DNA from: a virus
Virus record (IMG/VR): IMGVR_UViG_3300009104_000008
Coordinates: 1 to 64,000 of that record
Strand: one strand, 5' to 3'
Length of the DNA: 64,000 nt
The notes under the pieces were generated by a model that worked only from the letters and a program-made list of their open reading frames with translations, was not told where the DNA came from and made no database searches. How positions within the stretch are numbered: position 1 is the stretch's first letter; each line of letters begins with the position of its first letter. Below are positions 48,278 to 56,904 of this stretch, one piece after another. Position numbers and translations under genes: made by a program.

Positions 48278-48851
48278 TTGCCCCTACAAGGCGACAGATA
48301 ACTCAGTTATCAGAGGTAATTATTATGGCAGAAAGTTGGAATGATACACTATTAAAGGCACAACAAATGATTGACGCAGATGAGGCTGGAAACATCACTA
48401 ATGATGTTAGACAGGCTTTTGAGATGCTAAGTAATGTTGGTAATCAACAGTATGAAGCAACAGGAGAAACACCTGAATCTATACAAAAGGCGATTAAGGA
48501 GACATTAAGGAATTATCCCGGATATCCTTGGAGAAAGGGCGGTGGCGGCGTATTGCCAGCAACTGCACTTAGCGTTGTTGATTCACTCGGCACAGATGCC
48601 GCCAATTCATTTGGTCGCGCATTCGATGAGTGTGGGGAGGGTATTCGTGCTTTCCTTACACCACACGGTCGTAGCAGTAAACAATCCTATTCGGATGGTG
48701 CTGACTATGGAGCATATATTAGCAAGTCTATCAAAAAGACTGCAACAAGCCTATACAAGGCTGGAACATGGGATGGAACATTAGACGGTCTATCCTCCGC
48801 TATTATGGAGGATGACGAATCAGAGTGATTCTGTTGACCTTGTAGGGGCAA
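48278..48851. repeat. 14-bp perfect inverted repeat bracketing paralog B
   Basis: TTGCCCCTACAAGG (48278-48291) and CCTTGTAGGGGCAA (48838-48851). Confidence 0.9.
48325..48828 (+). CDS. Hypothetical protein, paralog B
   Basis: Likely ATG 48325 (MAESW) after GAGGT; motifs shared with paralog A. Confidence 0.8.
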   Translation: MAESWNDTLLKAQQMIDADEAGNITNDVRQAFEMLSNVGNQQYEATGETPESIQKAIKETLRNYPGYPWRKGGGGVLPATALSVVDSLGTDAANSFGRAFDECGEGIRAFLTPHGRSSKQSYSDGADYGAYISKSIKKTATSLYKAGTWDGTLDGLSSAIMEDDESE

Positions 48852-49428
48852 CACACTCTTTTTATTCAATTCATAATATAATCAAATTATGAGGTGTTTA
48901 TATTTCAAAGCAATATAACACCATATGATTGTATTTACTTAAAATTAACATTAGGTCGGAGTCGCGGGAGCATCTTTTATAACCCCCTTCGTGAATCTTG
49001 TATTGTTAATCAATACCAACCAATTCCAAGAGAAGGTTTAATCAGAACATATCTTATAAGGTATCTTAATTATGTTTCTAAATTTCTCTTCCAAATTAAC
49101 AGGTATTTCTAACACCTTCATTAACAGATGAATATCTATAAGATATTAATATGTATACCAATATCCTATATTGTATATCCTATATATTATACTATAAGAA
49201 CAATCAAATGTGGGTCAATATGCAACACTTCCAGTTTTCCAGTATCGTTGGAAAAGATAAAGTGAAGCAAAATGAACCACATATAAAAGATATCTTATAC
49301 AATATAATCATTATTCTAATTTCCAATTATTACAATACTATATACCCCTCCTTCTCTCTCCCTTCTCTCTCTCCCTATTCTCTATGGGGTGGGCTGGAAA
49401 AGTCGGAATAGTGGAATAGACGAGAATC

Positions 49429-50448
49429 ATGCTCAATATGAATCACATATACCATAATATGTATAACAAAATGAAGTTTCTAACCGATTGGAAAGATAGC
49501 AGAAAAGTCGAGATGGCTAAAATGACAGACAAAAAATATAAATTAACATTAGAAGAATTTAAGAGTATTCAACAGCGAAAAGCCAAAGGTAGTTCTTGGG
49601 CTGCTATTAGAGATGATATGTTTTACACATATACAGAAGGATATCTGATTACTATTTCAGATTTATCAAGACAATATTATCAATTGAAATATAAACAAAA
49701 TGACCCAGTTAAACCAACAAGAGGTCAATGGTCTATGTCTGAAACTCAAGCACTTATTGGTATGTTCAATACTGGAATACCCCGAAAACACATGATGGCG
49801 GCTCTTAATAGAACTTATGCTCAAGTAGCGTCTAAAATTGCTAATCTTAAGAAGGGTAATAAATTAGTTGGGAATGACATAAGAGAAAGGAACGCTAAGG
49901 AAGTAAGGGCATTACCTGCATCAACAATAGAAAAGAGGGCAATGATGTTTCATGGTCTATATTCAACAGTTCCAATTGGAAATGTAGATACTTTAAAAGA
50001 AAAATCTGAACAGGTTATAGCAGATGTAAAAGAAATGCTTAAAGAAACACCACCTGATGTAAATTTAGATGAAAAGAATAATCCATTCCTTTACAATCTA
50101 ATGAAACCAGAAATTCAAAATACTGAGGTAAAAACATCATTTAAACAAAGTAATCCTACAGTTGTAGATAACGAAGGTAATCAATTGAATAAGGTTTCTC
50201 AAGATATTGTAGAACAATGTCAATATATTTGCGACCTATTATTATCAAAGAATAAACAATATGGTAATTCAGTATCAGAACCTGTAAGAATTTTCTCAAA
50301 GGCTGATACTAGTGAGCAAATCAAAGTTAGAATTGATGATAAGATTAGCAGGTTAATTAGGGGCGATGATTCCTTAGAACCTGATGAAGATATAGTTGAT
50401 GATTTAATCGGATATTTAATCTTATTAAAGATTCAAATGGATAAGTAA
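49429..50448 (+). CDS. Myb/HTH-like N-terminus plus DUF1599 (Nmad1)-like C-terminal domain
   Basis: QWSMSETQAL...LNRTYAQV; KNKQYGNS...VRIDDKISRL...DLIGYLIL. Start may be MAKM. Confidence 0.65.
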   Translation: MLNMNHIYHNMYNKMKFLTDWKDSRKVEMAKMTDKKYKLTLEEFKSIQQRKAKGSSWAAIRDDMFYTYTEGYLITISDLSRQYYQLKYKQNDPVKPTRGQWSMSETQALIGMFNTGIPRKHMMAALNRTYAQVASKIANLKKGNKLVGNDIRERNAKEVRALPASTIEKRAMMFHGLYSTVPIGNVDTLKEKSEQVIADVKEMLKETPPDVNLDEKNNPFLYNLMKPEIQNTEVKTSFKQSNPTVVDNEGNQLNKVSQDIVEQCQYICDLLLSKNKQYGNSVSEPVRIFSKADTSEQIKVRIDDKISRLIRGDDSLEPDEDIVDDLIGYLILLKIQMDK

Positions 50449-51007
50449 CATTCACATGGTCTTAGAGTGGCCAAGACGCAACTATGGCGTTTTTAAAGAA
50501 ATTTTTAAACAGATTTAGGGGCAACTATGTGGAATAGTAGGTTTATCAAACATAAAAAGATTCAAAGATATAAAAAAGAGGAAAAACGAAGGCCAATCGT
50601 TCTTAGGCAACTAAGGAGTATGAAGGTGAAGACTTTACTAATCCCTATCAAAGTTCCAATGTAAAGCGGTTACTATGGTATGGTATGGCGACTCTAGGTT
50701 TATTAGAAAATCTCAATCCTCTAACCCAGATACGGGCATAGAACCGGAATCTTCCTACATCACACTTTAGTGGTTTTATCAAGTAATAAATGCAAACTCC
50801 TTCTTTAATTAGATAATTGGGCCTTTCTTCTCCAATGCATTTTTCCACATTACACTCAAAATACCACACGGGATTAATTTCCACGCGGGTATACTGGGTA
50901 GAGTTTACCAAATAAAAAAGATAAATTACTTCATATTTTGTTAGGCATAATCATATAAATGGTAAGGGGATTACTCAAGTTCCTATCTTTCTCTATCCGA
51001 TTAATAA

Positions 51008-51094
51008 TGCGAGATACCCAAGTTTGGTCAAAGGGGCAGGACTTAAGATTCTGTGCGTAGTGCTTCGGGAGTTCAAATCTCCCTCTCGCAACCA
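51008..51094 (+). tRNA. tRNA-Leu(UAA)
   Basis: Acceptor TGCGAGA/TCTCGCA+A+CCA; anticodon arm CAGGA-CTTAAGA-TTCTG; long variable region; GGGAG-TTCAAAT-CTCCC. Confidence 0.9.
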
Positions 51095-51339
51095 TTAAAC
51101 TCCAAAGGCCCGTATAGCAGCCTACTTTCATTTAATAGGGAATGGTGGAGAAAACCTATCAAGTTGGGTGAGAAGCCCACATTACCTATTCAAAACAGGC
51201 GTTAACCCTGTTCAATAATTAAAAGTTAAAGTAACCTATATAAGGAAACGCAAGTATGTAGTCTTACCTAAGACAAACAATATCACTCGTCAAAGTTAAA
51301 CATAATGAAAAAGAAGGGAATAAAAAATGAGGAAGAAAT

Positions 51340-51990
51340 ATGCCAACAAGAGAATGTAATTATCAATTAGAAAACGGATTTAGATGTAAAAAAACATTTA
51401 CTGTTCCGAGTAATACTTGGAAAAAATATAGATGTCCAGAACACGAACATCATAGTGCTAATCGAGGAAACCTTCGTGCGGCAAGTGCAACTTTAAGTCA
51501 ACAAAAAATAGACTTAAGAAAATTTGTTCAAGATTTTAAAGATGATACCTTACCTGACATTCAAGTTAAATTGTTAGAGGGCATTCACGAAAGAGAAGAA
51601 CTATCAAAAAGAATAGATGAAATTACTGAAGGAGAATGGCAAGGTTCACTAGCACCAACATCATTAGAAGACCTTATTCGTAGTGCGCCAGAACTAAGTT
51701 TAGATTTTGCTGAGTATAAAGTGCAAGTAGATGAATTTTATGACGAAATGAGTAAAGTTCATAGTGCTTATATTAAGCAAACAAAAACAGCACATTCTAA
51801 TTCTATGTCAGACTTTAGGACATTAAAGAAAGAAATTGATGATAAAATAAATGATAAGTTAGATTCATTTTCATTAAAGGCAGAAGTAATTAATAGATTC
51901 GCTAATCAAATAAATATTATTAATAATCGTAATATTGGTTATGAAAAGCGTATTGCTGAATTAGAGAATAAAATTGAAAAATTAAGTTAA
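51340..51990 (+). CDS. Zn-finger plus coiled-coil protein
   Basis: C-x9-C...CPEH then a long coiled coil. Confidence 0.7.
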   Translation: MPTRECNYQLENGFRCKKTFTVPSNTWKKYRCPEHEHHSANRGNLRAASATLSQQKIDLRKFVQDFKDDTLPDIQVKLLEGIHEREELSKRIDEITEGEWQGSLAPTSLEDLIRSAPELSLDFAEYKVQVDEFYDEMSKVHSAYIKQTKTAHSNSMSDFRTLKKEIDDKINDKLDSFSLKAEVINRFANQINIINNRNIGYEKRIAELENKIEKLS

Positions 51991-52067
51991 AGGTCTGTGG
52001 CGCAGTCAGGTAGCGCAACGGGCTTTTAACCCGTTGGTCGCGGGTTCAAATCCTGCCAGACCTACCA
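51991..52067 (+). tRNA. tRNA-Lys(UUU)
   Basis: AGGTCTG/CAGACCT+A+CCA; ACGGG-CTTTTAA-CCCGT; GCGGG-TTCAAAT-CCTGC. Confidence 0.93.
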
Positions 52068-52084
52068 ATTCAAGAGGAATAAAT

Positions 52085-52228
52085 ATGATAAAGATATGTG
52101 TAATATGTAAAAAGAAATATGAGGGTTATGGAAATAATGCCGCACCATTCACAATAGGAAGATGTTGTGATAATTGTAATTTAGCAAAAGTTCTCCCTTA
52201 TAGAATGAAAAAGGAGTTTGGAATATGA
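52085..52228 (+). CDS. Small Cys-rich protein
   Basis: MIKICVIC...GNNAAP...CCDNCN; start moved downstream of the tRNA. Confidence 0.6.
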   Translation: MIKICVICKKKYEGYGNNAAPFTIGRCCDNCNLAKVLPYRMKKEFGI

Positions 52229-52431
52229 AGAATAAAACATTATGTAGATGGTGTGGAGTAAAAGTTCATTGGGGTCATGATAGGACAAGAAAATGCGAGG
52301 CTTGCAAATGAAATGTAAGAAATGTATTAAAGGAGTAATCATGAAACAAATTTCATTAGGGGAATTTGAACCAATTCCCTGCGATTGCTCAATAGAAAAA
52401 TGGTTCGAAGGATTAAAGAAGAGTTGAAGAA

Positions 52432-52677
52432 ATGAAAAATACACATTATGAAGTATTTAAGGAGTTATATGATAAAATCATGAAGAAAGAACTCTCAATA
52501 TGTGAAACCTGCGATACATTTTTCAAATATACTCCTCAAAAAATATTCTGTGATGAATGTGCGCATGAGAGGAGAAAATCGAGAAAACTCAAGTATAGCG
52601 AAAAGAATCGTGAGAAGAAAGCGGCGTATGACCGCAAGTATTACGCAAAGAAAAAACAAAAGAGGGATAAAAAATGA
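52432..52677 (+). CDS. Basic Zn-finger protein
   Basis: CETC...CDEC, K/R-rich tail. Confidence 0.6.
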   Translation: MKNTHYEVFKELYDKIMKKELSICETCDTFFKYTPQKIFCDECAHERRKSRKLKYSEKNREKKAAYDRKYYAKKKQKRDKK

Positions 52678-52913
52678 GTTTGACAATTTATACGGCTACA
52701 TGGTGTGGGCCATGTAAACAAATAAAAGCATGGTTAGTTCACACTAATGGCGATTTGGATAAGGTTCATTTTGTAGATATTGATAATCCGAATGAAACTA
52801 TTCCACTAGAGATTAAAAGTGTTCCAACTTTAATTGACACAGAAAGTGAAAAGATTATTTCAGGTGCTAATGCGATTATTGATTATTTAAAAGAATGGAG
52901 AGATGAAGAATGA
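52674..52913 (+). CDS. Thioredoxin/glutaredoxin-like protein
   Basis: TWCGPCK active site and SVPTL cis-Pro motif. Confidence 0.85.
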   Translation: MSLTIYTATWCGPCKQIKAWLVHTNGDLDKVHFVDIDNPNETIPLEIKSVPTLIDTESEKIISGANAIIDYLKEWRDEE

Positions 52914-53122
52914 GTGAAGAAACAATTAAGAAATTCGAGGAAGTAAAATTCCATTTTAATAGAATGATAGAAGCATATGAGGAATTACCTATGTTAGCAA
53001 GTAATGTTCAACGGGTAATTTTAGAAGATGCAATGACTGCAATAGCGGCAGTATTTGAAGGTATTAACCAACAGATATTAGATGTTATTGAAATTATAGA
53101 TGTAGAGGTGAAAGAAAAATGA
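52910..53122 (+). CDS. Hypothetical protein
   Basis: ATGA-coupled operon. Confidence 0.6.
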   Translation: MSEETIKKFEEVKFHFNRMIEAYEELPMLASNVQRVILEDAMTAIAAVFEGINQQILDVIEIIDVEVKEK

Positions 53123-53478
53123 ATAAATGTATTAGATGCGGTGAGTCAACAAATATTAATTTATATGAAGATAGAAAAAATATTTATTACGGTGAGTATT
53201 TATGTTACGATTGTAATTCAATAATAACTGCTGAGTGGGGATTGGATAAAGAAACGCAAGAAACCATGATGAGATTTGTGAAAGAAGATGATATTAGTGT
53301 AATGGAATATGTAGCCATCGCAGTGCGAAGGCAAATAAATAGATTGAACAATATGACGAATATTGTTGGTAACACAGAAGAAGCGTTGGATTTAATAGCG
53401 GTGGATGATGAAGCGACCTACAAAGAATACATTAAACTCAAATCATTAGTGGAAAAAATGAAAGGTGAAGAAGAATGA
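53119..53478 (+). CDS. Zn-finger hypothetical protein
   Basis: CIRC...CYDC. Confidence 0.6.
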   Translation: MNKCIRCGESTNINLYEDRKNIYYGEYLCYDCNSIITAEWGLDKETQETMMRFVKEDDISVMEYVAIAVRRQINRLNNMTNIVGNTEEALDLIAVDDEATYKEYIKLKSLVEKMKGEEE

Positions 53479-53705
53479 TGAGTAAAGAATATTATGAAAT
53501 GAAGACAGACAGTGGCTTAACAACAATTAGATTAAGTGATATATCAGCAGTAACAACAGAAGGTTCTGGTGGTATATTAACAAAAGAAACTTTTAAGATT
53601 GCTATACATTTAGTTAGTGGAACTATATTCACTGGACAAATGAGTAAAGACGATAAAGATTCTTTTATGAAAGCATGGAAAGAGGCATGGAAATATGCAG
53701 TATGA
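53475..53705 (+). CDS. Hypothetical protein
   Basis: ATGA-coupled operon. Confidence 0.6.
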   Translation: MMSKEYYEMKTDSGLTTIRLSDISAVTTEGSGGILTKETFKIAIHLVSGTIFTGQMSKDDKDSFMKAWKEAWKYAV

Positions 53706-53949
53706 TATAGCAATAGTATCTGCAATAGTATTATTAGGAATGATTATTGAATATAAACTAGGAATATTATTCAGAATAATATTAACTTTTAGAGTCCATA
53801 AAATGCTAAAAGAATCAGGCGAATTTACATTTAATGTAAAAGAAAGGTTTGAGTTTCAAGAATCATTAGAAGAGCCAGAAGTATTAGATACTTTAGATTC
53901 AGATGAAGAAAATAAAACGATAATAGATAATTGGGATAGAGGTGAGTAA
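53695..53949 (+). CDS. Small membrane protein
   Basis: Hydrophobic N-terminus, acidic tail. Confidence 0.6.
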   Translation: MQYDIAIVSAIVLLGMIIEYKLGILFRIILTFRVHKMLKESGEFTFNVKERFEFQESLEEPEVLDTLDSDEENKTIIDNWDRGE

Positions 53950-54211
53950 AATGAAAGGCATATTAGATATAAATAATGATGGTCAAGTAGATTACAAAGA
54001 CTTTAGACATATGCTTATGAGATATGAATGGATTGTGGTAACTGGTTTAGCACTGACAATTATACCAATGGGTAATGTGTTGGGCTATACCAATATTGAT
54101 TCTGATTTCTTTTGGGCTTTGGCCGGATTGTGTTTAACAGTTGAAGGAGTAATCGAATTGTATTACGAGCAGAAATACTGGGATAAGCAGAAGAAGGGGG
54201 AACAAGAATGA
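53942..54211 (+). CDS. EF-hand-like loop plus two-TM membrane protein
   Basis: DINNDGQVDYKD; two hydrophobic helices. Confidence 0.65.
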   Translation: MSKMKGILDINNDGQVDYKDFRHMLMRYEWIVVTGLALTIIPMGNVLGYTNIDSDFFWALAGLCLTVEGVIELYYEQKYWDKQKKGEQE

Positions 54212-54410
54212 ACATAAAACCCTATGGTAACTGCAAAAACCCTATTGCTCATGGTAGAGTCAATGGAGAATCTCATTGTAGGATATGTAAAAAAATGGAG
54301 GAAGAGGAATGAATAAAATAGTATGTAAAACTTGTTTGGAGAAGGTTATAACAATTCGCTCAAAGCGAGGCAATATAATCTGCACAAGATGTAATGGAAT
54401 AGTGATGTAA

Positions 54411-54653
54411 ATGATGGAACTACCAAAGAAAGAAATTGAATTAAGAATAGTTAGAGATGAAGAATTACCGCCAATTGTAATCACAATGGATGAAAATGAT
54501 GAGATTAAGGTTATGATAAATGAAAACCATAAGACTTGGTTAGCAATTCATAGGAAAACAATCGGTGGATTATCTCCTGTAATTTATGAGAAAATAGATG
54601 AACTTTTATTGGCTACCTTAAAAGAAACAAGAGCATTTGAGAGGTTGGAATAA
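54411..54653 (+). CDS. Hypothetical protein
   Basis: In operon. Confidence 0.6.
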   Translation: MMELPKKEIELRIVRDEELPPIVITMDENDEIKVMINENHKTWLAIHRKTIGGLSPVIYEKIDELLLATLKETRAFERLE

Positions 54654-54737
54654 TGGCCAAACGAAATTGTAAAGTTTGTGGATATGGTTTAGCACGAAAT
54701 GCTAGGTCATGTTCACAATGTAGAAAGAGGAATAGAA

Positions 54738-55898
54738 ATGGATGAAGAATGGAAAAGAGAATTAGGAAATGGTAGATGGGATAAAATCCTAAAAAGAAAA
54801 ATGACAGAATTATCTGTATCAGATGATTACGATGAGGCTAAACATGAATGGGTAGCAACAGGTAATGTTTGGTGGAGAGGTTGTGGAGAAGAACGCCCAC
54901 ATTGGGCTATGGAACACCCTGACCAATGTTTATGCACACATAATATTGTATATCATTTTGAAATTCATAATACTGAAAATCATATTAGAGAGTGTGTGGG
55001 TTCAGACCACATAAACTCATATTTGATTATTAGGGCTATTGAAGAAGAGCAGAATATTTCCAGAGAAGCAATCACTGAAGAAATGATTGAAGAATGGGTT
55101 AAAGTTAATGTTGCCACTATGAAGAAAAATGCTTGGTGGAATAATAACGGCGAGCGATTTGAATCAATGTTTAATGAAATTAAAGACTTAGATTTGAGAG
55201 TTAATGTTAGGACAAAGGGAAATTATTATGACCCTAAAGTTAAAAAATATGTTCCTAAAACAGTAATTAGAAAAACTAGTTCTGGCCAATATGGGAGTGC
55301 GTTATATAAAATGGGTTCAATTGTTTGGAGATGGAATCATCCTGATAACCCTAAAGCACAAATTCATTCAAGAGGTTATCCTACTGAGAAACTAATGAAT
55401 GATTTGAGTTTATTCTTTGCACTTCTTCAACAACATAAAGACAAAACCGAAGCAGAAGATAAGGAATATCAAGATAGAGTCATTGAGGTTCAAAAGCAGG
55501 TTGCTTTACTTAAAGAGCAAAATGTGGCTAACCAAAGAAGAATAGCCGAAAACCGCGTATTGGCTGAAAATATGAGGGCTGATACTGAAGATGCTGAATT
55601 TACAGAGAATTGTAAAAGGTATGGTTTATTGCCTTTTAGTGAAGAAAGTGCTTCTAATGATTGGGAACGAAAGTTCTTAAGGTCGGTTCGGAGTTGGATT
55701 CTTAGCGACAGAGAGCCTACAACGGCGCAAGTTGCTACCCTTGAGAAAATTATCAATAGCGAAAGAGATTTTGTTAGTGCAACAGATAAGCAATGTGCAT
55801 TCTTATTAAAGTTAGGATTTGATGGCGATATATCAAAACTATCTAAAAGACAAGCATCAAATGAAATTGATAATTTATTAAAAGAAAGGGAGGATTAA
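54738..55898 (+). CDS. Hypothetical protein with CxCxH...CVGSDH metal motif and coiled coil
   Basis: Likely ATG 54738 (MDEEW). Confidence 0.7.
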   Translation: MDEEWKRELGNGRWDKILKRKMTELSVSDDYDEAKHEWVATGNVWWRGCGEERPHWAMEHPDQCLCTHNIVYHFEIHNTENHIRECVGSDHINSYLIIRAIEEEQNISREAITEEMIEEWVKVNVATMKKNAWWNNNGERFESMFNEIKDLDLRVNVRTKGNYYDPKVKKYVPKTVIRKTSSGQYGSALYKMGSIVWRWNHPDNPKAQIHSRGYPTEKLMNDLSLFFALLQQHKDKTEAEDKEYQDRVIEVQKQVALLKEQNVANQRRIAENRVLAENMRADTEDAEFTENCKRYGLLPFSEESASNDWERKFLRSVRSWILSDREPTTAQVATLEKIINSERDFVSATDKQCAFLLKLGFDGDISKLSKRQASNEIDNLLKERED

Positions 55899-55942
55899 TA
55901 TGAGCAAATTAGGAAACTTAGCAAGATTTGCAGTAGGTGTAG

Positions 55943-56239
55943 TTGTTGTATCAACATTATGGCCTATTGGATTATTTGGAGATGAGTAAAATGGTAAAAC
56001 AAAAGAAAACAGACAACACTGAAAACGAAAAGCCTAAACTAACTAAGGCCGAACTAGAAGAATTAGTAGCAGAAATGAACGGACAGTTGATGAATGCTCA
56101 ATCTATAGTTAATGATTTGGTTAGTCAAGTAAATGCACATAAAGCATTGTGTGCTCATTATGAGAAAACAATGAATGTGCTAACAGGGCGTTTACTTGGA
56201 TTAGAACAAGAATTACAACAGCAAAACGAGGTGCAATAA
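55943..56239 (+). CDS. Coiled-coil protein
   Basis: Heptad-rich; start probably MSKMVK. Confidence 0.6.
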   Translation: MLYQHYGLLDYLEMSKMVKQKKTDNTENEKPKLTKAELEELVAEMNGQLMNAQSIVNDLVSQVNAHKALCAHYEKTMNVLTGRLLGLEQELQQQNEVQ

Positions 56240-56240
56240 T

Positions 56241-56441
56241 ATGAAACTAAAAATATTAAATGAAACAGGACACACTGAATTAGAAGTAACACAGAAAGAA
56301 GTCATAGACCAAATTAATGAACACCCTACACATTGGGTATTCTTAGATGGTGAAATGGTTTCTCGTCAAGAAATTACACAAGTTTCTTGGGATGATGTAG
56401 AAGTAGTTACACTAACTCAGGCTATTGTCGGTGGACAATAA
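56241..56441 (+). CDS. Ubiquitin-like (beta-grasp, ThiS/MoaD/SAMP-type) protein
   Basis: 66 aa; MKLKIL, VFLDGEMV, VVTLTQAIVGG-Q-stop; GAGGTG RBS. Confidence 0.75.
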   Translation: MKLKILNETGHTELEVTQKEVIDQINEHPTHWVFLDGEMVSRQEITQVSWDDVEVVTLTQAIVGGQ

Positions 56442-56901
56442 ACAAATTAAATTGAAAGGTTGGGGGCATAGCCCTATGTTCCCTCCTTTCTTTTTTGGGG
56501 GGATAGCGTTGCTATTAGATAATAATAATTTTATACCAATCAATACAATAGGAGTAGTTTTAAATGCTTTTGGTTGGTCACATTCAGAATCAAAAAACTA
56601 TACTACTAATGAAGAATTAGTAACAATAGTTAAACCAGACTTTTATCCTAATGGTCATGTATTGGCCGTTAGTAAAAAAGCAGTCATTATTTGCGATGGT
56701 GAAAGTCAGTTTGAATATCAAGGTAAAGAATATAATGATGTTCAAGAAATAATCGGAGAATACGGAATAAAAATAATAGAAACATTCCCAGAATGGAATT
56801 TCACCATTGAAAAGGAATGGACAATAATGAGAAATGGACAATATGTTCATTCATTTAGTTCTTTAAAAGAACTAAGACACAGAAAAAAATTAAGGTGTTA
56901 A
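56425..56901 (+). CDS. Hypothetical protein
   Basis: Real start probably downstream of the hairpin (near LLLDNNN). Confidence 0.55.
   Translation: MSVDNKQIKLKGWGHSPMFPPFFFGGIALLLDNNNFIPINTIGVVLNAFGWSHSESKNYTTNEELVTIVKPDFYPNGHVLAVSKKAVIICDGESQFEYQGKEYNDVQEIIGEYGIKIIETFPEWNFTIEKEWTIMRNGQYVHSFSSLKELRHRKKLRC
56462..56496 (+). terminator. Hairpin plus U-tract after the Ubl gene
   Basis: GGGGGCAUA-GCCC-UAUGUUCCC then UCCUUUCUUUUUU. Confidence 0.65.
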
Positions 56902-56904
56902 ATA

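Noticed and set aside
48325-48360. MAESWNDTLLKA in paralog B as a W-tag member
   Set aside because: It fits loosely, but paralog A lacks it and the gene is outside the head arm; probably chance.
47322-48851. Inverted repeats as IS/MITE ends
   Set aside because: No transposase or target-site duplication seen; arms coincide with predicted transcript ends and extend by G:U pairs.
48278-48851. Bulge-helix-bulge splice motif in the panhandle
   Set aside because: I could not form a canonical 3-4-3 motif by hand, so circularisation remains unsupported.
44599-48929. CCATATGG repeats as a CRISPR array
   Set aside because: Repeats are short, irregularly spaced, in both orientations and separated by genes.
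49151-49411. 86-aa ORF, also 48894-49112 and 48040-48258
   Set aside because: Low-complexity translations across AT-rich, repeat-containing regulatory DNA; no RBS.
50931-51131. Minus-strand ORF, also the 5' extension of 52034-52228
   Set aside because: They overlap tRNA genes.
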